From the NCBI GenBank assembly GCA_009775095.1, contig VSOZ01000012.1:19801-83800 (forward strand): a DNA stretch of 64,000 bases. The letters are read 5' to 3'. Numbering within the stretch: position 1 is the first letter of the stretch; each line of letters begins with the position of its first letter. Shown here in pieces: positions 61,117-64,000 of the stretch. Source of the stretch: Muribaculum sp. (lineage in GTDB: Bacteria > Bacteroidota > Bacteroidia > Bacteroidales > Muribaculaceae). The translations under genes and the position numbers were made by a program. The notes beneath the pieces were generated by a model. That model was not told the DNA's origin. It worked only from the letters and a program-made list of their open reading frames with translations, and searched no databases.

Positions 61117-62340
61117 TCATAAAGTCTCAGCCGTAGTATTTAGTCTATATAGATAGATTAGATTTCCGATAATAAAAGGAAGTATCGCTTGCGAAAAGGG
61201 CATATTATTGAGCATCATACTTATTAAGACAATACCGCACAATACACCGTTAAATCCCAATAATGACAATTTTCTCAAACATTTATACAATACAATAAAA
61301 AAAGGGATTGCAAATATTCCAAGTTCAAATAAAATTCCTCCGATTGCCGAATTAATGCGGAATTCCTCTTTGTAAGAATAAGGTAAAAGTATATTCCAAT
61401 TCGGTTCTTGACTTAATGGGACAAGATATTCATTAAAAGACGCTAACCCATGAGGGAATCCCAAATTGTCAAAAAAACCTTTCACAGGGAAAAATGAATG
61501 CATGAATCTAAGATTAACACTGCGATCCATTAAAAGAAAATTTTCAGGATTGTTGTATAATACATCCAAAACCGAACTTAATCGAGAATTTTGACAATCT
61601 ATATAAAACTTGATGGCATAATTTGCCACAACCAACCCCACAACAATAGATGATGCAACCAAAATTCTATTTCGACTCTTGAATATCAGATATATACCAT
61701 ATACACCCAATGATAAACCCAAAAACAATATACATGTTGTTGATTTAGAAAAAATCAATTGTAAAAAAATAAGAACAGACAATAACCTGTATCTTTTTAA
61801 TCCTCTAAAATTCAGATAATTTATAATAAACAGGAATATACATATCATACCGTAATAAGTCGGCTCGGCAGCCAGAGACGACACACCCCGACCATGAGAC
61901 ATTGATCCTTCATCGCCTCGCAATGTCAATAATCCACCAAATGATGGAGAAATAAAAAATTGTATGGCACCAACGATAAACCATATATATACGCTATAAC
62001 AAAATAATTTATATGGGATCCCATCTAATCTGACAAGGGAAAGATATGTGGCATAAGATATTAGAAAAAGGCTGATATAATTAGCTAAAGACCGAAGTCC
62101 TATCAGGCTGAAATTTGACAATATAAATATACATATTGCAAAAACAAGAACAAAAAGGATAAAAGCTATTTCCTTTGGCACATTCCTTTTTCCCAACACA
62201 AAAATAATTGGGACCGATAGCAACATAGCATTAGGTTGTGCATCTAAATGTAACGGTATAATTCTTAAATAAGGGAATAAGCAAAAAGCAACAAATATAC
62301 AGCAAATTCTACTCATAGTCTTATGGGAATGCATGATCAT
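61117..62340 (-). CDS. Putative polysaccharide polymerase (Wzy-like)
   Basis: Many TM segments, AAEPTY loop motif, AT-rich, between glycosyltransferases. Confidence 0.65.
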   Translation of the reverse strand: MIMHSHKTMSRICCIFVAFCLFPYLRIIPLHLDAQPNAMLLSVPIIFVLGKRNVPKEIAFILFVLVFAICIFILSNFSLIGLRSLANYISLFLISYATYLSLVRLDGIPYKLFCYSVYIWFIVGAIQFFISPSFGGLLTLRGDEGSMSHGRGVSSLAAEPTYYGMICIFLFIINYLNFRGLKRYRLLSVLIFLQLIFSKSTTCILFLGLSLGVYGIYLIFKSRNRILVASSIVVGLVVANYAIKFYIDCQNSRLSSVLDVLYNNPENFLLMDRSVNLRFMHSFFPVKGFFDNLGFPHGLASFNEYLVPLSQEPNWNILLPYSYKEEFRINSAIGGILFELGIFAIPFFIVLYKCLRKLSLLGFNGVLCGIVLISMMLNNMPFSQAILPFIIGNLIYLYRLNTTAETL

Positions 62341-62388
62341 CTATCAAAGAGAAGAGTAAATCAACTAAATAATACCTCGGACTACATT

Positions 62389-63321
62389 TCATCCATTTAA
62401 CCGGGTATACTTAAACACAGTCTCTGTTTTATGAAATAGATAATATTTAATAGAAGAAATACAACCTATAACACAAGACAGCAATGAGATCCCATGCTTT
62501 TTATAAATATGCATAAGACATCTAAATTTACCTACTCTTAAATTCAATAATGCTATTAACAACGGATTAAATGTTATCGGGTCGACGAATTTTATACCTT
62601 TTTTATTAAGAAAAATCTCTTTGTCGGCAAAAACAGCCGCCCTTATAGAAAGATGTGCCCAATTAACAGCTTTTGACACAGATGTGCAACGATCGATAAC
62701 AGTATAAATCGGTTCAGGATAATACTCAATGTCCTTAGCATAAAACCCTACCAGATAAGAGAATTTTGTATCGTTATGAATTGGTGTTTCATCAAATTTG
62801 ATACAATTATCCACAATAATGGATCTTTTTATTATTTTGCACCACGGCTCTCCGAAGTTATATTTAAACAAATCCAATGCCTTATCGGGGTCATGCGACA
62901 GTATTTTAAAAAATTTATTAAGATGTTCCGTTCTTTTAGAGAGTTTATTCGTATCTTCATATTTCGCGACAGCATTACAGAATACTATGTCCGGTATATT
63001 CTTATTCCTATCATTTCTGTCTATAAAGATCTCGAACTCCGGTAAAAAATAATCATCACTGTCAGCAAATATTATGTAGTCTCCCGTTGCATGAGCCAAC
63101 CCAACATTTCGAGCTTTTCCACCTCCCCCATTGGTTTCGGTTGAGTAAAACTCGACATATCCAAACTCATCGATAACTTTCTTATATTCGTTTAAACACG
63201 AACTACAATCATCGACGACGATAATCTGTATATTATTCCTTTTCGGAATAGACAATAAGAGCCTGCGTAATTTATCAGGGAGATTATAATGAGGTATTAC
63301 TATGGTATATTTAATCATCAA
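62389..63321 (-). CDS. Glycosyltransferase family 2
   Basis: IVIPHYN, VVDDCS, ARNVGL, FADSDD. Confidence 0.9.
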   Translation of the reverse strand: MMIKYTIVIPHYNLPDKLRRLLLSIPKRNNIQIIVVDDCSSCLNEYKKVIDEFGYVEFYSTETNGGGGKARNVGLAHATGDYIIFADSDDYFLPEFEIFIDRNDRNKNIPDIVFCNAVAKYEDTNKLSKRTEHLNKFFKILSHDPDKALDLFKYNFGEPWCKIIKRSIIVDNCIKFDETPIHNDTKFSYLVGFYAKDIEYYPEPIYTVIDRCTSVSKAVNWAHLSIRAAVFADKEIFLNKKGIKFVDPITFNPLLIALLNLRVGKFRCLMHIYKKHGISLLSCVIGCISSIKYYLFHKTETVFKYTRLNG

Positions 63322-63339
63322 TCTTAAAATGATTGTTTA

Positions 63340-64000
63340 TTAATCGCAAGAAGATTTTGGATATTCAATTTTGGGATTAAACACCAACCCTTTACAAAAT
63401 CCGATGAAAGAATATTTTAATTTAAAAAAATCGCATCTTAATAAGAGTTTCAGCATAGTTAGGATATTGCATGATAGATACTTATAAAATCCTCTTACGC
63501 CAAAATATCCTTGTTTAGAGATAAACATATGATTACGCACAAAAAAACGCCACATCTTTATTCTATTTCTTTCATTAATCGACCAAATTGAAAGATGTCC
63601 TCCATAACGCAAATGCCTGATACGGCTGGCACCAACCTGATAACACGTTAAATGAGCGGAAAGCCTCATTGTATATTCGGTATCGTCACCCCAAATAAAA
63701 AATTCCTTATAAGGCAGTCCGAAATTCCTAATATTTCCAGTTGGAATCAATACCGAAACAAAAGTTGCTGATTGTACAAGCATTAAACCATAATTAAGCC
63801 GCTTATTCCATGAACAATAACCTGTAATATTGGGTCTAAAATCTATAGCAGGCATATTGACACTTATACCATCCGAATTTTCGACTTTACTACAAAGAAA
63901 GCCGATATGTTCTCCTGCGTCTTCTAGCTTCTTATAAGCAAAAATCATTTTTGACAGAGTATCTGGATATGCAATAATATCATCATCCATTACCCAAGCT
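63340..64000 (-). CDS. Glycosyltransferase family 2 (5' end outside window)
   Basis: WVMDDD, ATFVSVL, EFFIWGDDTEYTMR. Confidence 0.8.
   Translation of the reverse strand, partial: AWVMDDDIIAYPDTLSKMIFAYKKLEDAGEHIGFLCSKVENSDGISVNMPAIDFRPNITGYCSWNKRLNYGLMLVQSATFVSVLIPTGNIRNFGLPYKEFFIWGDDTEYTMRLSAHLTCYQVGASRIRHLRYGGHLSIWSINERNRIKMWRFFVRNHMFISKQGYFGVRGFYKYLSCNILTMLKLLLRCDFFKLKYSFIGFCKGLVFNPKIEYPKSSCD

Noticed and set aside
1..64000. tRNA, rRNA or prophage
   Set aside because: None recognised by eye; tRNAscan-SE and barrnap would be needed to exclude RNA genes formally.

Overview
Bacteroidales chromosomal window. The family is probably Muribaculaceae-like, an inference from gene style and the many TAnnTTTG promoter motifs. 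Left part: partial GH51 arabinofuranosidase, a degenerate hybrid two-component regulator, rplU-rpmA, then a ~1.4 kb cluster of REP-like palindromic repeats. An intact IS110-family element (6061-7362) has inserted into one repeat hairpin. Its upstream non-coding end encodes a readable bridge-RNA-like molecule: one loop carries guides matching both insertion-site flanks, a second loop carries guides matching both element ends, and joining the ends rebuilds a Bacteroidetes promoter. Next come a TIR + WG-repeat gene, a CbxX/SpoVK-like AAA ATPase and an ECF/FecR-controlled SusCD locus with two glycerophosphodiesterases and a GlpT-like transporter but no recognisable CAZymes. A long housekeeping stretch follows (ychF, tpx, rfbA, nadD, gmk, tsaB, metF, holB, hemW, rlmH, nadC, purH, mreBCD-mrdA-rodA) with a MNT/HEPN toxin-antitoxin pair. 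The window ends in an AT-rich surface polysaccharide locus. All calls come from reading the sequence; no database searches were run.
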